Part shown: piece after piece, positions 49,109-61,176 of the stretch
Numbering within the stretch: the stretch's first letter is position 1
How the letters are laid out: each line of letters starts with the position of its first letter
NCBI RefSeq assembly: GCF_963853765.1
Contig: NC_088855.1
Span: 19,158,001-19,222,000, forward strand
DNA length: 64,000 nt
Direction: 5' to 3'
Source: Magallana gigas
Taxonomy: Eukaryota
Position numbers and translations under genes: made by a program
The notes under the pieces: model-generated
Database searches by the model: none
What the model was told of the DNA's origin: nothing
What the model saw: the letters and a program-made list of their open reading frames with translations, nothing else

Positions 49109-52100
49109 TTAATTATAAAGGAATTCTTCATTTTCCAACACTTTAACATATTTATTTAACCTGGCATTTAATTTCTCTGGATTTTTTACTGAAATGTTAT
49201 GTCTGAAATCATTAAATCCACTGTGATGTCTTTCATCTCCTTTGTCAACAAACAAATCTTCCATTCCATACTCCTCAATAAATTTCTTTAACTTTGCTTT
49301 TGAAGAGCCATCTGATGATGGCGAGCGTGGAATATAATCTTGGATGACATTAACCTGGAGGATCTCCTCAATGGCTTTCCCTACACTCCCAACAATTTTA
49401 CTACATCTTGAGACCTGTGTTTCTGTGTATTGCCCATGAGAGTTTTTCAGGTTAGCTGTAAGTATGAAATATATACCGGTAAAAGGTGCACTGTAAAAGA
49501 TCTTTCAAAGATTTAATTCATATAATGAACGGAATTACTTCTTTATTAAAGGACGCCTACCCTTAAACTCATTATTCAGGAACTCATTAACCAGATCCAA
49601 AGCAATATTATGGCCTGGTTTTCCCAATAGATTCGCTGTGCTGTTCCACACAACTTCACTCCGAATTCTCGCAGGCAACAATCCATTGATACCTGACAGA
49701 TATTTTGCAAGTATGAGACACATATTTTAACTTTCTTCCTAAAAATGCTTTCTTTCATGGTAACTTACAGATTTATTTTATTAATTCAGTACCTGCTAAG
49801 AGTCTGTGTCCAAGAATAAGATACTTATTGTGGTTGTTATTCCAGAAATCCACCATGTCTAGCCTCCAGTCTGATATGAGCTGCTCCCCATTGTTGTAAC
49901 GTTCTGCATTTGTTTGTACCATGTGCAGAAGACCACGCCACAGCATGCAACAACTATACTGAAACACAGAATCACCACTGTTTTGGTCTACTACTTCAGG
50001 TAAATCTAAAATCAGAAGTAAAGACATTTTCAGACACAGCTAATATATGCACAAATTTTAAATTTTTAATTATCAAAAACATAAATATGCAAATACAGTT
50101 GAACTTCAATATCTCGAAAACCCATATCTCGAATACAATGGATATGTCGAAGTGATTTGTACCTAAGTCCCAACCACTTTTACTTTAAGTAATTTACATT
50201 TGATATCTCAAATACTTGGGTATCTAGACTTTTTAACCATGCAGTTTCATCTATTTCGAGATCTTGAGGTTTGACTGTAAATCAATAGTTTTCATGTCAT
50301 GTTTAATTCATACCAAACTCATCATCAGAATCTTCATAGTAGGGCAAAGTCTCCTCCAACTCATCTTGTGTCTGATCATTCCAGTAGAGGATGGTGTCAT
50401 CAAGGTATTGAGGGTCATCATCAGAGTCTGAGTCTTGTACTACATCACCCTCTGCAGCCTGCTGTATAGACTTCATATCTATCTTGGGCCAAACGAGTTG
50501 AACCACTCTTTTACAGATGTCTTCGAACATTTCCTGTCTTTCAGTGCCATCCTCAGGTATGACATCAGAGTTCACATCAATGTTATCAATGTTCAAAATA
50601 TTACAGACAATCATGCAAACACTTCCTTCTGTAACAAAATTGAAGAAATCCACAGCAGAGTTAACACAGTCAGAGATTTTTTTCTTCACTGTACGGAAGC
50701 CAAATCTGTTCTTGATATGAAACAGAGAACCCTTATCTCCCACTGTGCTCCCACTAAACAACATGTTCATTGAATCTTGAAGTATTATGCATCTTTTATG
50801 AAATCCCTGTGGTCTTGGAATAAGTCCAGTAAGCTGATCTGTTTCATCCTCACTAAAGGCCATTGACAGCTTTGCTTCTACCATTCTTTCAACACTTAGC
50901 TGGTCTCCATGACAAAGGATTGGATATGGATGTCCATTCTGTCCAATTGGTACATACTTATGGAGATACTTTAATATTTCAAGTGTTCCACGAGCGGAGG
51001 ATGGATTCTCTTGAATAACTCCAAGATTTACCTATCAAAATAGTTACTTATTGTAATCAAGAAAGCCTGCAATTATATATATATATATTGAAAAATTTTC
51101 AATAATAATAATTTTTTGTTTTATTTCCTATAGCATAATCTGTGTCAAATTAAAACCATGCAGATACATAAGTAAACTCACAATTTCTGACTTTGTTTCA
51201 GAAATATCAGAGTACTGATGCTGGATAGTTGCCACATGAGCTTCACTGAACTGAGGGAAGTTTTTCTGAACTATATTCTGGACAACACATTCCATTCGTT
51301 TCTGAAGATTTCTCCAATCCTGGATGGATGGTAGGTAATTCTAAAAAAAAACATGTACATGCAGTAATACTTAAATTTATGTACAGCATAAATTTGTACA
51401 ACAGCTAATTAGTTAATTTACACACGTAATAATTATACATTGTATGTTCATCACTTACTTTCAGTTGTATGTCACTTATAGAACACTTGTCGTCAACATC
51501 ATCCAGATGACGGAAGGATATCCTGTTCTTGGCTGCAAAGCACAGGGCCCACAACATCATTTTGTTGTCTTGTCGAAGATGATGCCGTGTCACGCTCAAC
51601 TTCTGGACATTATCCCAGCACACACTATAACCTGGATCTGTTAAAGGCAAGTCAATAAACTCAAGTTATGATTAGATATTTAAAGAGACACAAATGTAAA
51701 CAAAATCACATTTATACCTTTTGTTAAAAGTTGTGGCAATGGACATTTATCACTATGACACTAAAGAAAAAATGTTTGTAAAATTGAATTACAAATTTTT
51801 ATCACATACTCTGATTTCCATTCTCAATTTGATCATTTAGGAAAGAATTGTCTTGTGGAAGAGGAATGGCATCTACTTCATCTTCACTACTAACTTCCAC
51901 ATCAGATGAGTCTTGGTTCTCTGAACTCTCTGAAATGATGGAGTTGACTGAGTCATCAGAGCTGTACGAGTCCGAGTCCGAGTCCTCTACTGATGACTGA
52001 TGCTCATCAGGTTGGGGTCCTTGCAGTTCTACCTGGACATATGAAATGTGATGATTTATCAAAATGTGTAAATTTAATAAATAACACATTATTATTCAAT

Positions 52101-53709
52101 ATGAAAACTAATTTTGATTCTGGTTGGTCCATTATAAAACAGATTAACTCATGTCAATATTCAGAAAAAAAATATTCACCTGAATAGCATTCTTCCAGGA
52201 GTTAATGCTGTCATCAAACTCTGTGCACAATTTATCGACTGCTGTTCTTGTTCCCTTAACACCCTTACACCATCCCAGCTTTTGGAACCACCTAAAAATC
52301 TGTAATTGAAATGTTGATATAATGTAAAAACAGTTGCTATGTATATTTAATTTTTTTAGGGGGGGGGGAGGGAGGTTAATTTCATTAATTTTTTTCTTCA
52401 AAATTTCATAATGGTACAACAATGATTATATTGTAATACCTTTTGGTTGCATCCTGATCTGTACATTTCAACAGATATAATAGTCTGGAGAAGATTGTAC
52501 TTCTTGGGATTGTGGAAATGCAAAATGGTACCCATAAGAAATCCTAGGGCTGGCACAAGTGAACCAACATTACCTTTGTCATCTCTGTAATATTTTAAGT
52601 ATAGAGGTATAGAACACACATGAATTGTATTATAATGCTCCACAAGTATAATCAGAGAGGAATAGAAATATGCAAATGCCATTTTTCCTATATTATAAAA
52701 ATATACTATATACTTTTCATCTTTAATTTATGCACAATTGTCAAATTATATTCACATAGTTGTAAAATAAATCCCTAGTTTTAACTTTCAAACCTGCAAG
52801 TACTAGTGCAACAGGTACTAACTTTTTCTTCAATGTTCCAAATAAATTAATTACAAGGGTCCAGTATTTAACAAAAAATCCTGTGTTTATCAATTTTTAT
52901 ATAAACTTTTCTTTCACAGGTGTTTTTTAAAGTGCAATTTAGGTATTAGCAAAATAACAGCAGTCATGCTGTACTCCTTTATTTTGGTTTATGCATCATG
53001 TACAGATTAATTTTTTAACTTACATGTCAGCATTTTTGTTCCAACGACATGACAATGATCCCTGCAAAAGTCCTGTCAAGAGAGGAATACTATGACTTGC
53101 CTCTTGGATTACTCGTTGCCATTGAAAATCCTGTAAAGACTTTACAGTTGATGGAATTTTGAGGGATGGAATGTTAGCATTTTTCACCTCCTTCTTAATC
53201 ATGCGCCTTAGAACATTCATCACAGCATCTCTTGCGCACTTGCTTTTCTTCATCATAATTCTCAAGGCATAGTCATAGTATGAATCTTTGATGTACCTGC
53301 ACACTTTGTCTTTGAACCCTTCTTTCTTAAATGTTTTTAATTTAATAGATTTTACTGGGGTTGAAGTCAGATGTTTAGGGGTAGATGTCAGGCATTTTCT
53401 TTTGACAAGTTTCACAGGAGTAAAGCTGAATTTTCTTTTTACATTCAATTTTTCTGGTTTAATGAAACTAGAGTTCTTTTTTGTGTCATGTTTATAAATT
53501 TTAAAAGTCAATGATGCACAGTCATTACACAAAAACTTCTGGGTTGGTGTTAAAGGAAGAGTTATTTTTTTGTCTAAAATGTCATTGAGCCTGATTAAGG
53601 GTATGGCCAGTTTTGAAATTGATTTTCTTTTAAAACCCTTCTTCTTAATTTGAAATGGTTGCTCACAATTTAGGCACTTATTTAGATCCATGGCGACATG
53701 CTCATTCAA
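49109..53709 (-). CDS. AcademH transposase (973 aa). Exons 53709-53024, 52584-52440, 52299-52180, 52032-51810, 51637-51459, 51340-51182, 51031-50314, 50005-49793, 49692-49561, 49455-49109
   Basis: Ten GT-AG exons join in phase into an open 2922-nt CDS. Academ-type motifs: CWDNVQ, HQYS..KSE..LG, HGDQLSVERM, GFHKR, HNKY, NIALDLVNEFLN (candidate D-D-E triad). Confidence 0.88.
50096..50277. mobile_element. TA-flanked Tc1/mariner-type MITE inside transposase intron 7
   Basis: TA|CAGTTGAACTTC ... GGTTTGACTG|TA, homologous to 16228-16401. Confidence 0.8.
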
Positions 53710-53775
53710 TTATTGTGCATTACGTCATGGTAGTATGTTTATCACATGGACAGCATCCTTGTGCAAAAAGATGGT

Positions 53776-54317
53776 GTGTATATTTTCAGACGAGCAAAGA
53801 ACCATAAAGTTGAGAGAAAGTTAGCTGCATTAAACGCCTGCATCATCGATAAATGTGTAAACTAAATAGGTAAACTCATAAAAATAGTTGTCAGTGTTTA
53901 TTTGTTAAGATACAGGCCGAAATCAAATCAAATGCCGGTTGTTGTGAAGGTAAACACGTGAAACGCGAGTTAGAGTTATGCCCCTTTATCACGTGACCAA
54001 ATAACGAGATCTCGCTACTAGGTAAACATGGCTGTCATAAGGCGAGTTTTTTAAAACGATGACATTCCAAGGCGAAGGATGGCCGTTCGGAACCATTGAA
54101 AGGAAAACAAAGTGACCAGAGTTGGGGTAAAATATATGTTTAATTAATAAATCCAATTATTTAGGCGGTGGAATGCTTTTAAAGTCGGATATAATTCCCG
54201 AAGCGAGCGACAAAAAAACGGCGGCGTAAATCGGAGGTTTTTACAACGCTTGGAACTGTAGCTCTCTGGTTTGTCTATCCGAATTTTTTCAACCAGAGAG
54301 CTACAGATCTGCAGCTA
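53776..54317 (-). repeat. Right terminal inverted repeat (542 bp)
   Basis: Reverse complement of 46514-47055. Confidence 0.95.
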
Positions 54318-55318
54318 GGTTATGTATAACTTTGCAAAGAAGTGGGGGGAGGGTGCTAATTAACCCCCTCCCCGGTTCCGACGCCTGTGCTACACAGTTA
54401 TGTGTTTTCCTTCATATTTGAATCTAAATTTTTGACAAAATCCATTTAATATTTTGAAAGTACTAGCATGATATAGCAAATCTTCGAAAATAGGTCACTG
54501 ATTGAAGCGTTGAAGCTAGGGGCTGTGTCAAAAATAGTTCGGACCGGAAGTATTTGATAGAGCATCACCAGTTTGATATTGCAAAGGTTTATCACACGGG
54601 TAATATACACCACACGTATGAGATAAAAATATTTTAAAAAATTATAAATTTTGGGTGAGAAGCTAGGTGAAATTAAAACCATTGCGTATATCCATTGTAT
54701 CAAATCGGGAAAATATTAGCAGCATTGAATTAAAACAATTTTCTCTTTATTGGACAACGATAAATATCAAGGTTTTCTGGTAAATGTAGGAGAAAACACT
54801 TTTAGGATATTCCAAAGGTTTTTGTTTCTGCGATAAGATTCACCCCCATATTTTTCGCTCACCATAATAACGTGCTTACCAGTGGTTTATGCTAAGTGTC
54901 CAGTAGTAGAGAGATTTAAAAAAAGAAGAACAAGATGTTATATGCATAATTATTCCCTATTTAACCATTTTATAAAAAGCCCCACCTTAAAACCAGAACC
55001 CCTGAACATGGGTCCTTAAATCTCACGATTTCTACATCAACCATATGCTATGCTTATATATTTAATCTTCAACTGTCTTTGTCTGTGATAATATTACGAA
55101 TCAATTTTGAACCCTAAAACCCAATAACTTCATAAAACTTGAGTGACGCAAAATGGACGTGTCTTGCAGCATAACAGAGAAACGGTATTGGCTGCGCCGC
55201 GTAGTAATACAAAGCACGTGATACATAGAAAATAGTACGTGGTTTTCAAATGATGTTGTTTTTAAGAGTACAAATTGGAAATAATATTGATATAAGTGAA
55301 AAGGAATCATTCTTTGAA

Positions 55319-55424
55319 TATTATGAGGTGTTAAATTCGGTCGGAGCGTGGTCAAATCTATCATAAAGCCCTTCGGGCTTTATTGGATTTGACCACGCCC
55401 CGACCGAAATTATCACCTCATAAT
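55319..55424. repeat. ~105-bp near-perfect palindrome centred on AAAGCCC-TTC-GGGCTTT
   Basis: TATTATGAGGTG..TTCGGTCGG.GCGTGGTCAAATC pairs with GATTTGACCACGC.CCGACCGAA..CACCTCATAATA. Confidence 0.85.
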
Positions 55425-56590
55425 ACTCATGCAGAGAATGAATCCTTATTCCTAAAATAATTTTCCTGCTATATAGATGCCCGGTAGTAAAGGAAAATGC
55501 TTTTAAAATCAGCAACAATCGATCTTTACAAAGTTCTTGGATAAGGGTCATTTTTCTCTCCTCTTAGAGATGCCTCACATTCAATTTGTTCAAGTTTATC
55601 CTGGTGGTTTCAGAGCCTGAAGAAGCTAAACATGATGGAATTTTAATGCACGACAGACGATAGAGACCGAAAATATATTACATGTACAATAGGTCACCCG
55701 AGTAATCAAATGATCCAATAACTTTAGGACCGGGGGGGGGGGGGGGGGTCGAGGAGAAGCTTTCGCTTGAAATCGGCATTAGCCACTAAAGAAGAAGTTT
55801 CACAAATTATCCTTCACCGTTTTATATAAAGCACACGCACACACACAAAGGTTTCACACATTCAGCTGATATTAGTTTTTAATTTAAAACGACGCAGAAA
55901 ATTATCTATTTGCAAATAGAACATAAATGAATATAATTTACAGGGGTTTAATATATTGTTCTGAATTATGAAAACTCGATATCGCTGCACGGGATCCTCA
56001 CGGACTTTTGGTCTTCTTACCTTTTTTTTTTAATGGGGTTCCTGTGCTTTTCAAGGTTAATGTGCCCCCTTTCAAAAGCTCACCTGTTTTTGATACACCC
56101 ATACAATTAAATACACAAACTTGCATTTTATAGTATACTGGTATAGTAATGGTCAAACAGTGATCTTAAGTTCATGACGAGCCCATTTGCTGGGGTTTGG
56201 TGATTTGCTGAGGTAGAAGGATCGCTCCAGAATTGTTGCATACACAGGCGATGTCACGATGATACCGATGTAAACCCAGAGTCACTATATGGAGGTATGT
56301 ATGACAGGCGGAATTTATTTTGATATACCACGAACATTCACATGTATTGGAATAGAATACTACACAGAGCACAACAAAGTACATGTATATGACTGTATGG
56401 GTTTTTTTTTTTTATCAATATTAGAATAATATTCTTTAAATTATATTTTCCGAGTTTTGGAAATCATGTACATGTACATTCCACTAGTTATTAAATTTAT
56501 TTAATGAAGAAATTTCCAGAAATTGCCAAAATTAATAAGCTCTAGAGTAGTCTCTCTTTACACCCCCAAAAAGAGTTTAACTTTTTTAAT

Positions 56591-58553
56591 ATGACAGACA
56601 TTTTGTCACTGCCTCCTGAAATTCTCAATCGGATTCTGGATTATCTCCAACTCAGAGAATTATCAAGTGTTTGCTTGACGTGTAAGAAACTTCGGGACGT
56701 TGTCTATGTTGACAGTGTTTGGCAAAAGAAATGTAAACAAGGTATGTATCCTTTATTCGTGAAATGTATGGCGGACTAAAAGGACTATAAACAACAATAC
56801 TTTAAAACTAAATTGGAGCTAAATTTATGGTTGTTAATAAGCGTATCTCATTTAATTGATTCGGTTTGATGGATTATATGGATTTTCAAACAAATGTTCA
56901 TACTTTACTGCCTTATAGAGATATGACAACATGCAACTTATAAAAATACTGACAAAAGGACAACTTCGATCCACTACGTACATAAACTAATGGTGGAGCA
57001 AAGTTTATATACAGTTACTGTGCAATGCAAGGGTAATAAGCTCTGAAGTTTGTTTTAGCAATAAGCTATTGAAATAAAAATCTGGAATATGCTACCGCAT
57101 TGCTTCGGACAAACTTGAAGTTCGGGATGTGGAATGCAATGCCTTGTTGTCCGGTTCGTGAATTGTATGGCGCCCCAGTGGTACATGAAACAAGTCACTT
57201 CAGTTGCTTTTTGGTCCAAACGGCATATAATGGTAATCAGAAGAATAAAAGCTTCCGAACGACTATCGTCGCAAGCTACGGGTTTGGAGGAAATAGAATG
57301 GACACGAAATCCGTGGCGTGCGACGATGACGAACGCCAATATCTACGCTTATAAGTAATGAAAACATCACAAAATCGAGTGAGATTTTACAAAGTGTTGA
57401 AATGTATTCAGTTTATTTTTATCTGCAGGAGCTATGTCCTACCAAAGTTCACACCCAAAAATGTTTAATGGTAGTTCGATTTTTTTTTATACTACTGAGA
57501 TAAAGAATTAGGGTTTATATAGTAATGGTTTGCCAAGATCGGATACGAGAAGTGCGAAGTAGGATTTTCGTCCTTTGCTGCATGCATCGATAATAGTTGT
57601 AAGTTTTTTACAGGACTCCTTTGTGCAGGACCTAGATGCAATGATATCTGAGTAATATGTCCCCTTGTAAGTGGAACTGTATTACATTATGTAAGCGCGA
57701 TAATTTATTGAAAACCGCCATTTGCAGAAATACTTGTATGCAATGTTTAACTGTTTGGATCGCAAGCGGAGTAATACCAATTAAGGACAAGTCATCTAAC
57801 AAGGAGGGGCAGCTGCTAGGTATAACTCGTTGAGTATGCGATTGCCTGTGTTTAAACTACCGGACTGTAAAGAAAGGACAAGATCATTTTTTTTAGACAA
57901 GATAAAGGAACGAAGTTGGTACGCCGCCTTGTTGAATACCTTCTTGTACTGGAACCAACCTTGATCGAATTTCATTGTCGACGATTGAGCTTAGTGCATG
58001 TGTTTTGGGACCATAGTTTGCCATTAAATAGCTATTCCAGACCTTGATGATTTTACATGTAGATACATGTATTCCCGATAGTAATACCTAGCGGTCTTTC
58101 GATAATTTACACCAATGAAAATGCATAAATTAGTGATGATTTTTTTTTATAATTACAGAATATAACTTCAAATCCATAGAGGGCTGGAATGTGAATTACC
58201 GTACTTTATACAGCAAAGGTATTATTTTACAGTAAAGTTTTCAAACATTTAAGAGATTTTCTTCATTTTTTTTTTTTTAAAACAGAACACTATTTCAGGT
58301 TTCATTTTTTCTATTTGAATTCAGTTTTACGTCCATACGGCGATTTAGTAGGCTTTTGGAGGAGAGATTTCCGGTGTTATGGAGGTTTACTGCAAGTCAA
58401 GGTGTTTAATTTTAAAATTCTATCTGTGCTTACTCATCTGCAGGTTTGAAGCTATTTAATCTCTATTATTTGCAAATGAATATAATTGTTTCATATGTTG
58501 TGAATCGGGGTTAGGAACCTTTGAAACCTCTTACCTCTCTCTCACTCTATTGT

Positions 58554-58616
<63 letters not shown>

Positions 58617-61039
58617 CAATTAATAAGGAAAAATATTGTCCTACGGATCCTGTATTACAGTATGAGAAAGGTTGCATCAAAGGACTGGAAGTACTGGCTC
58701 CAGCTAGTTCACGTGTAGATAGACCCCTACGGAAGAAGGACATGTTTATCATATCAATGACGTCATCAGAAACTGTGCAGGTTGTTTCTGTACATAGTTT
58801 TCCAGAAAAAAAGGAAGAAGGAGAAGAGGGGGATGAGGAAGAAAAATTAGAAGAAGAAGGGAAAGAAGAAGAGCGGCCGTGCTTACTTCGTGTGGAGAAA
58901 GACGAAATAGTAATGCCGCCATTATTTAAACTATAAAATGCTTTCTTTTTGTGATTCATTCGGGATATGAAGATGGCGACATTGCAGAAAAAATACATAA
59001 ACCGCGTTAGTCTTTTGATAACAGGATCCAACCTCCTTAAACTTTGCAACATTATTCTTGTAACCTTGTATGTATTTTGTGATTTGCAGGAAGGAAGAGT
59101 TCTAGAATATAAAGTTACAGATGCAAATTTTATCCTTCAAAAAGAGGTAAGGCAACGTATGTCAATACATTTTTTTTTAAAAGGAAAATATATATTTAAT
59201 ATCAATTCATTACTAATTCATAGTAATATATTTCATACCACCGTACATGCATGTCAAACAGACTAGAATATTCAGTATCATTATTTGTTGTTGTTTTTTA
59301 TATTTATCGGGTGAAATTGAATGTGATATCCATTATATTCATGTCGGACCAATACTTGTATCGTAAATAAATAACTTATTGATAACCACACTGGTCACAA
59401 CACATTCAAAAGAATGTATTTAATTTGGTTTTTATATATTTATTTCATAATTTGCAAAAATTAAAGATACATGTATATTTAATAATTTTATATATGCACA
59501 GTGGCATCCTATTGTATACAACACATACATGTATGATAATTCAGGGTCTGATCAACCACCCAGTGTTCAGGAGATGGATTTCTGAGGAATTAGAAGACGA
59601 CCCATACGCCGAAATGTACTTAAATTGTGTACTCAGAAAGGGCGTGACGTATTTGTTGTCAAGGTGACCAAAATTCAATTGGATAAATTACACTCTAAAA
59701 ATTGAATTTAAAAAAAACCCTACTTGCATATACTCAAAATAAACGCAATTTTTATATAAAAAATTCAAAACGATATATTTTTTGAAAATGGATTTTTTTT
59801 ATATTCCCCCTATTTCAGGCAAGAATATCGTTGGTTTCCCTTGGAGCTCCCAAGTAAAGACAGAGTTAACGTTCCTATCCAACCCGGACTTTTCAAAGGT
59901 ACATACAGTGCCCACGGTATCGAGATACTGAGTCTGGACTACAACGACGACTTAACGGAAGTCACGGTCACAAAGATCACGGTAAGAGATGCCCGTCTTA
60001 CGGTACTCGTTATTAATCTCGCTTTTCTGCAACATCTTCTTTACACCCATTTGACATTATTTTGAACATTACAATTTCAATGCTATTTAAATGAATGCTA
60101 TGGCTAGAAACTTTTGTTTTGACCATTATCTAAATAATAGTAATTCTAATTTTTATGAAAAGTTTTCGAATTCCTATACGGAAAAACTCGCGTATGTATA
60201 TAAAATGATTAATATATCGTATTAAGGTAAATCAAAGTTTCAAAAATCTCTACGGACCGGTTGAGATTTTATGACTGCATTATCAATATATACAGGAAAT
60301 CATATGCATGTTATAATTACTACAGGGTGATCCGAATGTTCCGGCCTCGGAAATAAGTCTTTTCGGTGACCTCACATCTCCCTTAGTGTTAACAGCGGAG
60401 CAGCAGGAAAATCTGGACTCTCTGACGGCGGTCCCGGAACATCACGCGATGGAGCAGTCGGGATCTACGGTCAGACAGCCCTTTCGGATACCGGAACACT
60501 TTTCCGACCGAGATAATCGGTACATTCCGGAATTCTGCACTTTCAGGTATGATGTACATGTATATGACTACATGTATTCGCAAAGAATAAAGCCATATGT
60601 GTTTGGGCTGGTCTTTCCTAAAGTTTCCTTTTGTAAATATATTTTAAAATATAAAATTTTATCGAATTATTGTCGTTTGACTTTCGATCATTTGCGCATT
60701 AAATCCTGATAATAATCTTGAAATATTCGATGCCTTTCATCCTTGAATGCTTTTGCAAATTGTAAATAATGAAAGCCATTGCATCAGATTTTTAAAAATT
60801 CTTAAAAAACGAACAAGTTTTCACAATCATTAAGAACGTAATGAGGATTTGTTCGATTTGTTTGTGTGTATTACAGATGTCGTGCCAAAGGACGAATCGC
60901 CGGACACAGCTTTAAGACTCCGTGTTTCAGCAAAGGCCACTTTATCGTTTTTGATGAGAGTAAATTCGGAATGGTTTGGTTGGAACTGACGGCATTTAGC
61001 ATCTATTTCCGAGTGAACGAAAACGAGTTGAAAGACTAA
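56591..61039 (+). CDS. FBXO31: F-box protein FBXO31-like (~419 aa). Exons 56591-56741, 58159-58218, 58325-58401, 58661-58909, 59090-59146, 59545-59663, 59819-59981, 60326-60546, 60877-61039
   Basis: N-terminal F-box (LSLPPEILNRIL..VCLTCKKLR..W), then GFW...YGGLL, PGLFKGTYSAHGIEI, KITGDPNVPA and IAGHSF...FDESKFGMVWLEL, as in FBXO31. The start codon and the exon-4 donor are the least certain parts. Confidence 0.85.
58557..58614. repeat. (GA)29 microsatellite in FBXO31 intron 3
   Basis: Read directly from the sequence. Confidence 0.95.
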
Positions 61040-61064
61040 TTTTGTGATTCAAATGAAATATATA

Positions 61065-61176
61065 ATATTGTCCTTTCTGACATATATTATTTTTCAAATA
61101 ATATCTGCAATATGACTAAAAGTAGTCATATTGCAGATATTATTTGAAAAATAATGTATGTCAGAAAGGACAATAT
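61065..61176 (+). repeat. Hairpin with 54-bp stem and 4-nt loop in the FBXO31 3'UTR
   Basis: 61065-61118 pairs with 61123-61176, with one T/G pair and loop AAAG. Confidence 0.9.

Larger units (their letters stand above)
46514..54317. mobile_element. Full-length AcademH-type DNA transposon (7,804 bp)
   Basis: TAG...CTA termini, 542-bp TIRs, and an exact 9-bp TSD GGTTATGTA (46505-46513 and 54318-54326). It encodes convergent RecQ-like helicase and Academ transposase genes, the defining AcademH architecture. Confidence 0.95.

Noticed and set aside
56231-56294. Extra upstream coding exon of FBXO31 (donor GGAG|gtatgt, in phase with atgacag|AC ATT)
   Set aside because: The frame is compatible, but there is no ATG after the in-frame stop at 56201 and only a weak acceptor. 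It may be UTR and cannot be decided without cDNA.
57100-57358. THAP-like domain (MPCCPV..., W...) in FBXO31 intron 1
   Set aside because: The C2CH spacing and the CxxHF motif cannot be assembled in one frame, so the resemblance is too weak.
58970-58978. YY1 motif AAGATGGCG in FBXO31 intron 4 as an internal promoter
   Set aside because: A single short motif with no supporting elements.
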